Assembly (NCBI RefSeq): GCF_006345805.1
Contig: NC_043015.1
Span: 22,940,001 to 23,004,000 of the forward strand
Length of the DNA: 64,000 nt
Direction: 5' to 3'
Source of the DNA: Octopus sinensis
Lineage: Eukaryota
In this document: positions 42,290 to 54,057 of the stretch, one piece after another
Layout: every line of letters starts with the position of its first letter
Numbering within the stretch: position 1 is the stretch's first letter
Position numbers and translations under genes: made by a program
Notes under the pieces: generated by a model
Told to the model about the DNA's origin: nothing
The model's database searches: none
The model's input: only the letters and a program-made list of their open reading frames with translations

Positions 42290-42424
42290 TGTCGGACTGG
42301 CAGTGTGAAGCGGCTGACCTCCCTTGTTCGAAGGTTATAATGGATACAGATTGTGTATCAATAGCTATCTTAAGGCGTTTATTCTTATATCTATAAGAAT
42401 GCCATATTAATATGGCGATAACAA

Positions 42425-42478
<54 letters not shown>

Positions 42479-42528
42479 GAGTAGATGTGTTGGGCGGAAA
42501 CTGAAAGTAACTTGTCTTTATATATATA

Positions 42529-42560
42529 CTAGCAGTATTGCCCAGCTCGTGCGTTCTATG
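42529..42560 (-). mobile_element. Helitron-like 3' terminus
   Basis: Minus strand ends ...gggcaatactgCTAG-t, sharing the terminal motif of 61190-61206. Confidence 0.4.
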
Positions 42561-43317
42561 CACGTGCGAATTAAGCTGAACTTGGATGAAGTTCAATCAA
42601 AATTCAATTATTTTGGCTTTAAAATCAAGTATTTCATGCTCTCTATTTTTGCGCTTATGTGTTCCATTTCTTCAATAGGAAGTACGTAGAAGCGTTTCAT
42701 AAATTTTTGTTGATCAAATAATTGCATTGTTGAATTATTCTTTTAGATCAGTATTTCTCACCGGGGATTTCAGGGGAGAGTTTCAGGGAGTCGCTGGCGA
42801 TGTATCGTGATGATCAAAAATCCGGCCTGCTAAAATTTGGTTAAAGTGATTCAAACTGCAGACTCAACGCAAAATGTTCACATTTAATTCAAAGCGTTAA
42901 AAATGTTATGAAAACAATTGGTATGTGTTCACAAAGTCCAAATGACTAATGCGAAAAAACCCTCTTTGCCGAATTTCTACGATGTTTACGGCGATTCGTT
43001 TTTATATCTTGATTTTTTACTTTTCATGCAGTTTACGCATGCTTGCACGCGTGTTGAACATAGTTCACGTCAAACAGCTGACTGAGTAAAGTTCACTATT
43101 CAATGCATGGGAAAGGGCCTAAACAAACACATTATCGATTTTTACACTTGCGAGATGAATTTCGGAACAGAAATAGCGTAGTTCAATTTTCATTCGCCTA
43201 AACTTTAGGTTCTACGAATTGTTGGCTAGGAGGAAATGTGCCGGGAAGTTAAACACACAGACACACACACAGATACACAAACAGACACACAAGTTGGGTT
43301 TTATATATATAGATATA

Positions 43318-43475
43318 TTTTCTATATTCTCGCTCTGTGTTCCTTTCTGTCGAAGAGCGTAGGCTCGAAGCGTAAAAGACTTTCTCACTTCCAAGCGTTA
43401 AACTAATACATCTATTTGTTGTTTACACACCCGCCTTCGTCTTTTGTTTTTCTTGTTTTTTGTAAATTCTCACTA
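43318..43475 (+). repeat. Small repeat with HHR-like motif (43343-43378); same family as 51523-51728
   Basis: CUUU-CUGUCGA-A-GAGC[guag]GCUC-GAA-GCGU-A-AAAG; shared downstream gcgttaaactaatacat...cttcgtcttttg. Confidence 0.7.
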
Positions 43476-43499
43476 TATATATGTATATATATGTATGTG

Positions 43500-43570
<71 letters not shown>

Positions 43571-44019
43571 GTGTGTGTATATATATATATTACTTCCGGT
43601 TTTCGTAGGCTACAGACGTGTTGCTTTGCTCTGTGATAAAAAAAACAAAAATGTTTGCATAAATCGACGAAATAATCGGCGAAAACTGATAAAAAACGTA
43701 GAACTTGTTATCTCATAGCGGTCTACTAGGATATATTAGTTAAAAACCGTAATATATTTCGCTTCAAGCCAAATATAATACACTAAAGTTAATTACGCAC
43801 GCCAGATTTCCCGTCGAAAAAAGCACGTGGTGACATCTCTTAAGTTTATTCCCAATCGACTGTAACAAGCAAAAAGAACCGTTATTTTTTTCCTTTTTTG
43901 AAAGAAAACCTCTTCGTATAGGGAGACAATTTTGGGACTTCTACCTCTTATAAGATAAGTACCCCTTTTCTTTTGTTTAATTTCCCGTAATTCAATGTAA
44001 GGACCTATTCTCTGTTTAT

Positions 44020-44127
44020 ATTCTATTAATAATCTTTCAATTTCTGTTTCAGCTCCGTTTTTGTCAACTTCTCAATACATCTCTTTAAAATTATTCAATT
44101 TTAGACAGGCAAATATTTATTTGTTGC

Positions 44128-44158
<31 letters not shown>

Positions 44159-45240
44159 TTACTCGACCCCTCAATCTCCCTAAATATATAGACGCGAACA
44201 TTAGAAGTATGGTCGCAATTAGTTTAGTTTAGAAGAAAACGTTTGTAGCTACGGACAGATATATATTTATAATTTGCATTCTGTTAATAATCTGTCAATT
44301 CCTGTTTCAGCTTCGTTTTTGTCATTTTCTCACTATATCTCTTTATATATCAACTTTATATATCAACTTTAGGTGTATATTTATTTGTTGCTTTATATAT
44401 ATATATATATATTTCTTTATTTTTACTCAGCCTCTCAATCTTCCTAAATATATAAATATATAAACCCTAGAAATATAGTCGAAATTAGTTCAGAAGAAAA
44501 CTCTCATAGAACTTTCGTAGCTGCAGATAGATTTATATTTATTTGTTGCACAACCTCCTCTCTTTCATTTCTTTCTCTCTCTGTCTCTTCACTTCTCTCC
44601 TTCACTTCTCTCATAGTTGCAAATAGATAGATATTTATAATTAGCTTAGAAGAAAACTTCGTAATGGCAGATAGATATATATTTATTCGTTATATAATCA
44701 CCTCCCTTTGTTTGCTTTTTCTCTCTGTCTCTTCACTTCTCTCTATCGCGGGATCTTTCTTCTCTCAGCCGCCCAATCTTCCTAAATCTATAGACTCTCA
44801 CTTTCTTCTTATCTTCTCTCACCCGCTCAATGTTTTGCATCACTTCCTCTCTTTCATCTCTTTCTCTATCACACCATCTTTCTTCTCTCAGCCTCTCAAT
44901 CTTCCTAAATATATAGACTCTCTCTCACTTTCTTCTTATCTTCTCGCAGCCGCTAAATCTTTTATATAACCGCCTCTCTTTCATTTCTTTCTCTCTCTGT
45001 CTCTTCACTTCTCTCTCTCACGCCTCTTTCTCTGTCTCTTCACTTCTCCACTTCTCTCTGTCACACCATCTTTCCTCTCTCAGCCTCTCAATCTTTCTAA
45101 ATATATAGACGCGAACTTTCTCCTCTCACTCTGTCTTACTCTCTTCTCATCTCCTCTCAGCTCTCAATCTCTCTAAATACATAGACACTTTCTTTCTCTA
45201 TTTCTTCTCTACCCTCTATCACAATATTAAATTTTAAATA
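44020..45240. repeat. Composite degenerate tandem repeat grading into CT-rich subrepeats
   Basis: About 250-bp unit twice, then repeated ctctcagcctctcaatcttcctaaatatatagac and cttcacttctctc blocks. Confidence 0.7.
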
Positions 45241-45349
45241 TAATTAGATAGATAAGTAAATAAAATATCCAAAAATGTCCAGAACCTGGAGGAGCATGGA
45301 ATTGGCGTTGTTCCTGTGAGCCTGGCAATGCACCGACGGAGATAATCCG

Positions 45350-46090
45350 AACAACATAATTACAGCTGCGCTGAAGAGCAATGGATACACAAGGAGGTTA
45401 GCATATGTAGATCGAAAGAAGCAGGGGTTTATACGTTGCTATGCATTCATAAGATCCCACATCGAGACGCTTGATGCCATATTTGACAACGAACAAAGTA
45501 AAGATGGCAAGGATAGAGGCACGGGTGCTGATGAAAGATGGCACCCCCATTTGGTAGACACCCAGGACAACAAAGAAGATTCAAGTGAGAAACCTGCCCA
45601 GGAAGTGAACCCAAGTGCAAGTGCCCCTACAAGCACCACAAGCCAAAACCATGGAGATGAAAGAGCCAAAGAAGGAAAAACTAGAACTCAAAAAAAAAAA
45701 GATGAAACAGCCAAGGATAGAACCAAACCTGACTATCTATATACCAAAAAGGATGGAGAGAGACAGCGCACACGAATGTGTAAATTCTATCTGAAAAGTG
45801 TCTGCTGGCATGGAGAGGAAGGTGCAGGCTGCCGTTTTGCACACCAAAGACCCTGCCACATAAACATGAAACAGGGCAGAAACCAACTGCCAAAAGGAAA
45901 AGGAATGGACCACGCACCACTTACCCCAAAACGGAGGTACGCAGATGTAGTGCGTGCTACAAACCACCAACATGTTATTGAAAGGGCAGCTGCTGAACAA
46001 GAATCTTTTTTGTGCATGGCACAAAAGATTGTACAGCAGCTAACCTGGCTCCATCAAACTCAAACTCGCAGATGGGACTATCCACAATAA
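45350..46090 (+). pseudogene. LINE ORF1 with CCCH-type zinc finger
   Basis: CKFYLKSVCWHGEEGAGCRFAH motif; frame stays open upstream of the listed ORF to about 45350. Confidence 0.65.
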
Positions 46091-46155
46091 ACAAGACCGC
46101 CACAGCAAATAGACCCAAGGTGGACACCACCAGCAACAGCACACACATCACCTCG

Positions 46156-49078
46156 ATGCTCCTACTAAATATCAGAGGACTGCTAACACTCAGTAACAGG
46201 ACAAAAATCCCGTTCTTGAGAGACCTTGTTGCATGCAATCAAGCCTTATGCATAGCACTTACGGAAATACACCTGAAACCGAACATAGCAGATGCTGAAA
46301 TACACATACCACAGTATGTTGTACTACTGACCGACAGAAAAGAAAGGAATAGTGGAGGAGTTGCTATATACATCCGCGAGGACCTCACACCCCAGGTCTT
46401 TTTGTCATGCTCAAATTCGGTGTGTGACACACTAATTGTACATATAAGGCAACATTGGTGTAGTTATATGTGCTACATATCGCCCTCCAGATGTTCCAAG
46501 CCGTGTAGGCCAGTTTGAAGACTGCCTTATAAAAATAGAAGTTTTAGTCACATTAGAACAACACATATGTGTACTTCTTATGGGAGACTTCAATCTGCCC
46601 AATGTCAGATGGCCCAAGGACCTTTCTCTCCCAGGAATGACACGACGCGAACGGGGACAGGCGAGGTCCCTCCTGAACCTCATCAACACTCTGTACATGG
46701 AGCAAATAACCTCCAACCAACCAGGACAGTTAACATACTGGATCTCTGCTTCACAAATAATATGGCTCTCATCCATAATGTGAAAGTGACACCGACACTA
46801 CTCTCGGATCACAAAATGGTAGAGCTGACCATGTACGGGCCAAAGGAAAGCATGGACATGCAGTCTACAAGAAACTCTCAGAATCTTTCCAGCTTGAACT
46901 TCCATAAGGCAAACTGGAAACAAATTGAGAAAGAGATACTCAAACAAAACTGGCCTGAATGTCTCTCCTCGCCAGACATCGACATGAAACTTCAACAATT
47001 CATGTCTGTAATGCAAGCCATATGCTACTAATGTGTCCCAGTGAGAAAGGCCACTGTACACAAGAACAAAATCCCCAGAGGGAGGAAAATTCTAATGAGA
47101 CGGCGTACAAAAGTTTCAAACCGCCTAAACAAACAAATTGAAAGCAGTGAAAAGTCACGCCTGAAAATGAAACTGTTGGAAATTGAAAAATGTCTGCAAC
47201 TCTCCCACGAAAAAGAAAGTGCAGACAAAGAAGCCTGGGCTATAGACAACATGAAATCTAACCCCAGAGCTACGGTGCACTGTAGGATAGGACCACTCCT
47301 TGAAAAGGATGGCACACTCACAGGAAATCCAATGAGGGTAAGTGAAATACTAAATGAGCAATTCAAGAGTATTTTCACTCCACCCCTAGGGCATTTTCAA
47401 GTCAGCAATCCAACTGACTTCTTTACCACTGCAGATATAAAATCAGAGGCAGCGATGATTGATTACATCAATATAAATGAAGACGATGTAATAAAGGCTA
47501 TAGATAAACAAACTCAGCTACTGGCCGCGATGGATTCCCATCAATCCTTCTAAAAGTATGTAAGAGAGTCCTAACAAGACCACTGCAGTTCCTCTTTCAG
47601 AGATTCTTTGCAACTGGCAAACTTCCGAGATAACTGAAGGAAGGGTAAATATGCCCTATTCATTAAGGAGGTAGCAGAGCGAAGGCCAAGAACTACAGAC
47701 CTATTTCTCTGACCTCACACATCAGCAAGGTCATGGAACGAATAGTCAGAAGGAAACTAATCACCTTCCTTGAAGAAAATGACTTGCCGCCTGACACCCA
47801 ACATGGTTTCCGACCAGGAAGAAGCTGCCTAACTCAGCTCCTACAACACTATGACTGGGTGCTGAAACGACTGCTCAATCACTCAAATGTGGAAGTCATA
47901 TATCTCGACTTTGCAAAGGCCTTTGATAAAGTCGGTCATGGAATGATATGTCACAAACTGCGTGATCTTGGCATAGTTGGAAAATTGGGAGAATGGCTTC
48001 ATGACTTTCTGAAGGATAGAGGCCAGGTGGTAGTAGCCAATGGGGCCACTTCCATTTACACGAAAATAGTGAGCGGTGTTCCGCAAGGCACTGTTTTGGG
48101 ACCCCTACTGTTCATAATGGCCCTCTCAGACATGACCACAGCCACGCAGAGAGCCATGATCAAAAGTCATGCAGATGATACAAAAGTTTCACAAGCAATA
48201 CAGAACCCTGAAGACGCTACGCACCTGCAATGTGAGCTGGACAAAATATACAAGTGAGCTGAAAAGAATAGCATGCAGTTCAATGCTGAAAAGTTTCAAG
48301 CTCTATACTATCAGCATGCAAAACTAAATGCAATACCCAATAAGTATACTGGACCTGGAGGGATTCCAATCCCAGAGGCACAATTAGTGCGTGACGTGGG
48401 TATTTACATGAGTGATGATGCAACCTTTCATGTGCATGTTACTAAATTGGCAATGAAATGTAGGCGGCTGACCGGATGGATCCTTAGAACCTTTAGAACG
48501 AGGGACCAGGAAACCATGATGGTCCTCTGGAGGACACTTGTCCTAAGCCACTTTGACTATTGCTCTCAGCTATGGTCACCATCCAGTGTCAAGTTAATCA
48601 CAGAACTTGAGGCGATCCAACGAAGCTACATGAAGAAGATAGCCTCTGTGCAGCATAAAAGCTACTGGGAAAGACTCAAGAGATTAAGACTCTATTCTTT
48701 AGAACGTAGGCGAGAAAGATATGCCATAATATACATCTGGAAGATCCTAGAAGGACTTGTGCCAAACGTTGGCATCGAGAGTTACACAAATGCTAGACTG
48801 GGCGCCACTGCATAGTACCAAGGACTCCAAATTTGCCATCAAGATGTAGGACAAGATACTGTGATAGCCTGGGCTTCAGAGGCCCACAGTTCTTCAATAT
48901 CCTCCCGAAGAACCTGAGAGACATGCATGGGGTGGATGCAGATGTCTTTAAAATAAAACTGGATCTCTTCCTGTCAGGTGTCCCAGATGAACCAACTTCA
49001 CGGCAGGAGGTGCAGATGAGGGCAGCTGCATCGAACTCTCTCATGCACCAAATGACAAATTCTAAAAAGCATTCGTGA
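46156..49078 (+). pseudogene. LINE ORF2 APE endonuclease plus RT, frameshifted
   Basis: LLNIRGL, ALTE, GGVAIY, GDFNLP, LDLCFT, SDH; NYRPISLTS, QHGFRPGRSC, YLDFAKAFD, GVPQGTVLGP, ADDTK, YSLERRR. Confidence 0.9.
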
Positions 49079-49183
49079 AGTAAAATCATGTAGCAACACC
49101 AAATGGCGGTGCCCCATTATGGCCACAGCTCGAGAGCTGAAACTAGAAAAAAAAATATATATAGGGCCCTTCCATCGAAAACC

Positions 49184-49450
49184 GGTGATTGTCGTGCGCT
49201 TATGAAGGGTCAATACCCAGAAACTGCAATCCGTGCGTATCACTTAGGTTGACGAAGGAAGGATGATCTCCCTTTGCAAATATCCATAGGGCACAGAAAG
49301 TGTGTCAATAGCCAGCTGGAGAAGATGTTCTCCTGGGGCTACAATCTACAGTAACATCCACCTTTAGTGGTTAGCCATATTGAGATTGCAAATATACTTC
49401 ACATTGTCGTGCAGTTACTGTCTATTCCTCGTTCAGAGATTTGTTATTGC
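49184..49450 (+). mobile_element. 267-bp HHR-bearing repeat, copy A (core mutated to CUUAUGA)
   Basis: Direct repeat of 51100-51366 with the same boundaries; HHR fold at 49193-49237. Confidence 0.8.
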
Positions 49451-49599
49451 TTGTATACACTTTTTCAAGATCAGTGACGAAAAGTCACTGGAAAAAGGAT
49501 ATAAATATTTTCATTAGGACCCTTCTATCTTCGGATTTGCGGTTGTGATTTGAATTTTGTTGATTATTGTTGTTGAAAACTGTTGCGTCGTGTTGAATT

Positions 49600-50760
49600 G
49601 TTAAGCCCAAACTTATGCGGGAGCAGCAGGCAAAAGCCTGCTTGCGAACGAATTACAGTTAAAAGAAATAATTATCGAGAAAGAAAATCTGAGGAAATAT
49701 TACGACAGCTTTAAGAAGGAAGGAGACTGTCTGAGGGTTACACCACCTGAAGTCGAAGTGAAAAGAGTGGAGAAAAAACCATAACATACAGAACATAGAA
49801 TGTGGTCTCAAAAAGAATAGACGTAGAAGAGATAGAAAAATGTCTACAAGAAATAAAAGGAAGAACTACCTTCTGCAATAAAGGTAGAAAATACGCTACG
49901 TTCGCTTCGAAAATGGAGATGAAGCGAAAAGGAATGCAATGACAGTGTTGAGATCGGAAAATGGGTTTTACTCCCTAGTTATTGTGGAAAAAGAGCGGTG
50001 AGGATACGAATAAGCAAAATCCCACCGGAACTTGATACCGAAAGAATAGTAGCTGCAATAATATACAACTGCAAGGAGGACGTGGACATACTTAAGGTGG
50101 AAAAGTTGAATGAAATAAACTGGTGGGGTTATGCGGTGGAAACCTTAGTCCACATAACCATGCCAGATTTGTATAACATGCCGGAGGAGTTGGTGTTCCC
50201 CGACGAGACACGATTGAGAATCGTGGTGGAGGGGAGACCTCCAGTGTGTTATAAATGTAAGAGAAGAGGGCACATGAAGGATGTGTGTCCTGAAGGAGAA
50301 ATACAAGTGAAGAAGATAACACTGGAGGAAGCCATAAGAGCTTTGACAGAGAATTTAGGAGATTATATGGAAAGTGACGAGGAGTTAGTGAAGGAGAAAG
50401 AAGAGGAAAGAACAGAAGAAAAAGAGGATAGAAAGCAAACACGAGTGGAATCATCACCCAAAGACAAAAAAAAAGAAAAAAACTAAAATGAAGTATGCTG
50501 ACGAGAGAGAGGATCGAACGCACGAAGGGAGAGATACAGGAACTAAAGTGAGTGAAGGTTCAAGTTGGAAGGAATGGGGAAAAAGATCAGCAAAAGGGGA
50601 AGAATGTCTGAAAACATGCAAGGAAGGAGGAAGACCCAAAGGAAACAATCTCAGAGCTGTAATATTGTACACAAAAGATAAAGAAATTAAGAAAAAAATT
50701 AGCAATAACGAAAAATCTAACGAAAGTGAAATTGAACCCGAGAATATACGATAACCAAAT
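49600..50760 (+). pseudogene. L1/Tx1-like ORF1 remnant with CCHC zinc knuckle
   Basis: ORF 49998-50486 with VEGRPPVCYKCKRRGHMKDVC (CX2CX4HX4C); homologous fragment at 54860-55130. Confidence 0.7.
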
Positions 50761-51099
50761 ATTGGCTGCAATAGTGGAAAAGAGACGGTAAATAAATTTT
50801 AAAAATTGGTTTCAGATACAGCTGTAACCATAGTGCATTACGTTCGATATTATAGTTTGCCGGTGCTATAGAGCAAGATGAATTACTCGTTTACATTACG
50901 GACGAAAACCCCAGATAGTATAACTATAATATAAATGAAACTGCGAGCTTTGGGAGGCTCTTAAGCCATTTCATTTAATTCATTGTTCATAATTCATTTC
51001 ATTTCATATCATCCTTTTTTATTATATGTACCCCATATCCTGTATTGTATTGTTATGTCCCCTCTTCATTCAGGCTATTGTGCCTATAATAAAGAGAAA

Positions 51100-51366
51100 G
51101 GTGATTGTCGTGCGCTGATGACGGGTCAATACCCAGAAATTGCAGTCCGTGCGTATCTCTTAGGTTAACGAGAGAAGGATGACCTCCCTTTGCAAATACC
51201 GATAGGGCACAGAAAGTGTGTCAAGAGCCAGCTGGAGAATATGTTCTCCTGGGGCGACAAGCTACAGTAACATCCACCCATAGTGGTTAGCCATATTGAG
51301 ATGGCTAATATACTTCACATTGTCGTGCAGTTACTGTCTATACCTCGTTCACATATTTGTTATTGC
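51100..51366 (+). mobile_element. 267-bp HHR-bearing repeat, copy B
   Basis: Direct repeat of 49184-49450. Confidence 0.8.
51109..51153 (+). ncRNA. Minimal type I hammerhead motif (C3-G8), predicted site GUC at 51147
   Basis: CGUGCG-CUGAUGA-c-GGGU[caau]ACCC-a-GAA-AUUGCAGU-C-CGUGCG; C-A mismatch at the base of stem II. Confidence 0.65.
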
Positions 51367-51379
51367 GTATATGTATATA

Positions 51380-51475
51380 AAAGAGTCTTTTACGTTTCGA
51401 GCCTACGCTCCTCTACAGAAAGGGGCACAGAAAAAACAAGGAGAGAAAAAATTATGGCGACTGACGTCGGACAGA

Positions 51476-51528
<53 letters not shown>

Positions 51529-51724
51529 TGTCCGACGTCAGTCGCCATGATAGATCGTTAGCCACTACACAATTTTTTCTCTCCTTGTTTTTTCTGTGCC
51601 CCTTTCTGTAGAGGAGCGTAGGCTCGAAACGTAAAAGACTCTTTCTAATCCTTAGCGTTATACTAATACATATGTTTGTTTTGTACACCACCTGTCTTCG
51701 TCTTTTGTTTTTTTCGTAAACCCT

Positions 51725-51728
<4 letters not shown>
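51380..51728. mobile_element. Foldback of small HHR-bearing repeat around a (TA)n centre
   Basis: Arms 51380-51478 and 51523-51644 (left arm lacks 22 bp); HHR-like motifs at 51387-51422 (-) and 51602-51637 (+). Confidence 0.8.
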
Positions 51729-51780
<52 letters not shown>

Positions 51781-51813
51781 ACACACACAGATATATATAT
51801 ATATATACATATA

Positions 51814-52058
51814 CTGTTGTGTCTGGGGAGAGTCATTTTCTTTTTGAGCCTTATATTTTAACACACTCACCGGTAAAATTTCCACTTATTTCTTATTTTT
51901 ATTTTCCTAAAATTTTTGTTGTATCTTGCAAACTTTTCAATAATCTTGACTACTGAAAAAATATGTAGGAAAATTAGAATAAGAAATAAGTGGAAATGTT
52001 ACCGGTGAGTGTGTTAAATTATAAGGCACAAAAAGAAAATGACTCTCCCCTGACACAG
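51814..52058. mobile_element. MITE with long terminal inverted repeats and TA flanks
   Basis: Arms of about 100 bp (ctgt..tgtc.ggggagagtcattttc...), spacer of about 50 bp, TA on both sides. Confidence 0.75.
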
Positions 52059-53169
52059 TATAATATGCTTCAACACAGGAACTCACATAAAGAATGTTAG
52101 AAACTAAATCTATAAACAATATATATATATATATATATAATTTGTAAGGGGTATGACAAACATTAAGGCAAGATAAACATCTCAGACCATGTGGCTGCAA
52201 AAGAAACTTTTTATCACAGCGTCACGCCTATAAGGTTTCTTTTCTTTTTGGCTTAAATTGGTTTTCACACGTTGTCAAATAGTTACTGAATAATTTTCCG
52301 TCTATTTCTTTCATGAAATACTTAACTGTTGAAGCAACTGAAGAGTTGTGTTAAAAAAATCAAGAATGAGCATTTATTAACAACTCTCGAAAAATCCCAT
52401 CCCACTGAAGAGAACGCTTTCTTTTTCGTTCATTAAAATGGAGGACTATTTGAATGGAATTTTTCCTCGTGCTTTTTGGAAATAAAACACCTTTCAGAAT
52501 TTAATTAAATTTGTTTTCATAATGTTTCACTAATAAAATAATGATAAACGGGGCAATTGATGCGTCCGTGTATCTATGGCACAGACAAGACCCAGCAGGG
52601 TATTGAACCATATTCAATTCGACTCTTTCTACTCATGTCTATTACCGACATGCAATTTTGTCATCAGGATGTCAGATGTTTAGTAACTTTCGTGCAGTAA
52701 TAGATTGGCTTTCATTATCTATTTATTTTATTTTGTAGCGATACTTTGTTGCGGTGTTACGAATTAGATTCTTGCTTTAAAAATACATGTTATTTTCTCA
52801 ACTCATATATTCTGGTGTAAATTTCAATAATGTAGATTGAACTGTACACAAAATGTCACCAGACAGAAATAAATAAACACACAAACATATACGCATACAT
52901 ATACACGCACACAAAAGCAGACGCACACACGCACACACACACAAACACGCACATCCTTGTTTGCAATGCACAATTTATATTTCTACATATTTGTGGTCAT
53001 TCACATTTGCTTGTCTCTCTTAGAGAATATTTAACTTATCTATGCTAAGTTGCACACATACACTCCAAGATATATACCTGTACACACACACATATGTATA
53101 TATGTGTATATATGTAGGAGAGTTTATGAAAAAAACTAGTTACATGTCATTAAATGTAGACAGACAGGT

Positions 53170-53228
53170 AAATAGATAGGTAGATGGATAGATAGATTGA
53201 TAGATTGATAGACAGATAGATAGATAGG

Positions 53229-53299
<71 letters not shown>
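53170..53299. repeat. (GATA)n microsatellite
   Basis: Direct inspection. Confidence 0.95.
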
Positions 53300-53877
53300 T
53301 AAAGCAGAGAAATCGTATGACTCTACTGGATCGTTGAAGTGGCGGTGGAATCATTAGTGCGCTGCCACAACACTCGGCCGTCATTGTGCATGTATTAATA
53401 TTGGCAGTGCTCATTGCATTCCATTATTAATCATAGCAGATTTCTTCACGAAGAGTTACATCAACAGAAAGATATTAAAATGAAAGGAAGTAACAATAGA
53501 AGTGGTTCGTATTAGTCACCTATGGAACTAACAAAAAAAAAGATAAAGAAAAGTGGAAGAAGGAGGCAGAGAGTTTCACGGGAAAGACAAAGTGAGAGAA
53601 GAAGAGAGAGAGAGTAAGTGACTACGTTAAAAAAAATAAAATGCAAAATGTTTTTTTTTTTTTGAAAGGCACACTATATTTTATAATCATGGTATATAGA
53701 CGTTCTCACACAACAATTACAATATATTTATTTTAACTCATTTATTTACTTTAAATCGTTCATCTTTCTCCCCCCTCTCTCTCTCTCTCATACACATTAC
53801 TTTAGGTGCGAAAGAGTCTTTTTTTTATTTTACGCCGAGTAAAAAAGGGTTTTGTTGACAATCCATTTATTTAAGGT

Positions 53878-54057
53878 AAAGTATACTAGCCATCTTAATA
53901 TGGCTAACCACTAGGGTTGAGGGGTGTTACTGTAGCTTTTTAGCCCCAGGAGATCATCGTCTCCAGCTGGCTTTAGACACAATCCTGTGCCCTTTAATGA
54001 TATTCGCAAAGGGAGGTCATCCCCTCTCGTAAACCTAAGTGATACGCATGGACTGCA
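53878..54057 (-). mobile_element. 5'-truncated copy C of the 267-bp family
   Basis: Reverse complement begins tgcagtc-catgcg (HHR stem III and cleavage site) and follows copies A/B. Confidence 0.75.

Larger units (their letters stand above)
41451..42429. mobile_element. Retrozyme-like array: 364-bp unit, about 1.7 copies then an inverted 1.1 copy
   Basis: Unit starts at 41451 and 41815; inversion junction at 42058/42059; inverted unit is 334 bp after a 30-bp deletion. Confidence 0.85.
45275..49160 (+). mobile_element. Near full-length CR1/L2-group LINE (ORF1 plus APE-RT ORF2)
   Basis: Two-ORF layout; A-rich 3' end at about 49145-49155; 5' boundary approximate. Confidence 0.85.

Noticed and set aside
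41451-42429. CRISPR or prokaryotic repeat interpretation of the arrays in this window
   Set aside because: Units are long and identical without unique spacers; no cas genes; eukaryotic context.
42800-43190. Possible mariner-like terminal repeat (tatcgtgatgatcaaaaatccgg)
   Set aside because: No matching second terminus or transposase found.
52620-52675. Minus-strand CUGAUGA...CAUGUC/GACAUG...GAAAGAGUC
   Set aside because: Stems I and III cannot form; likely chance.
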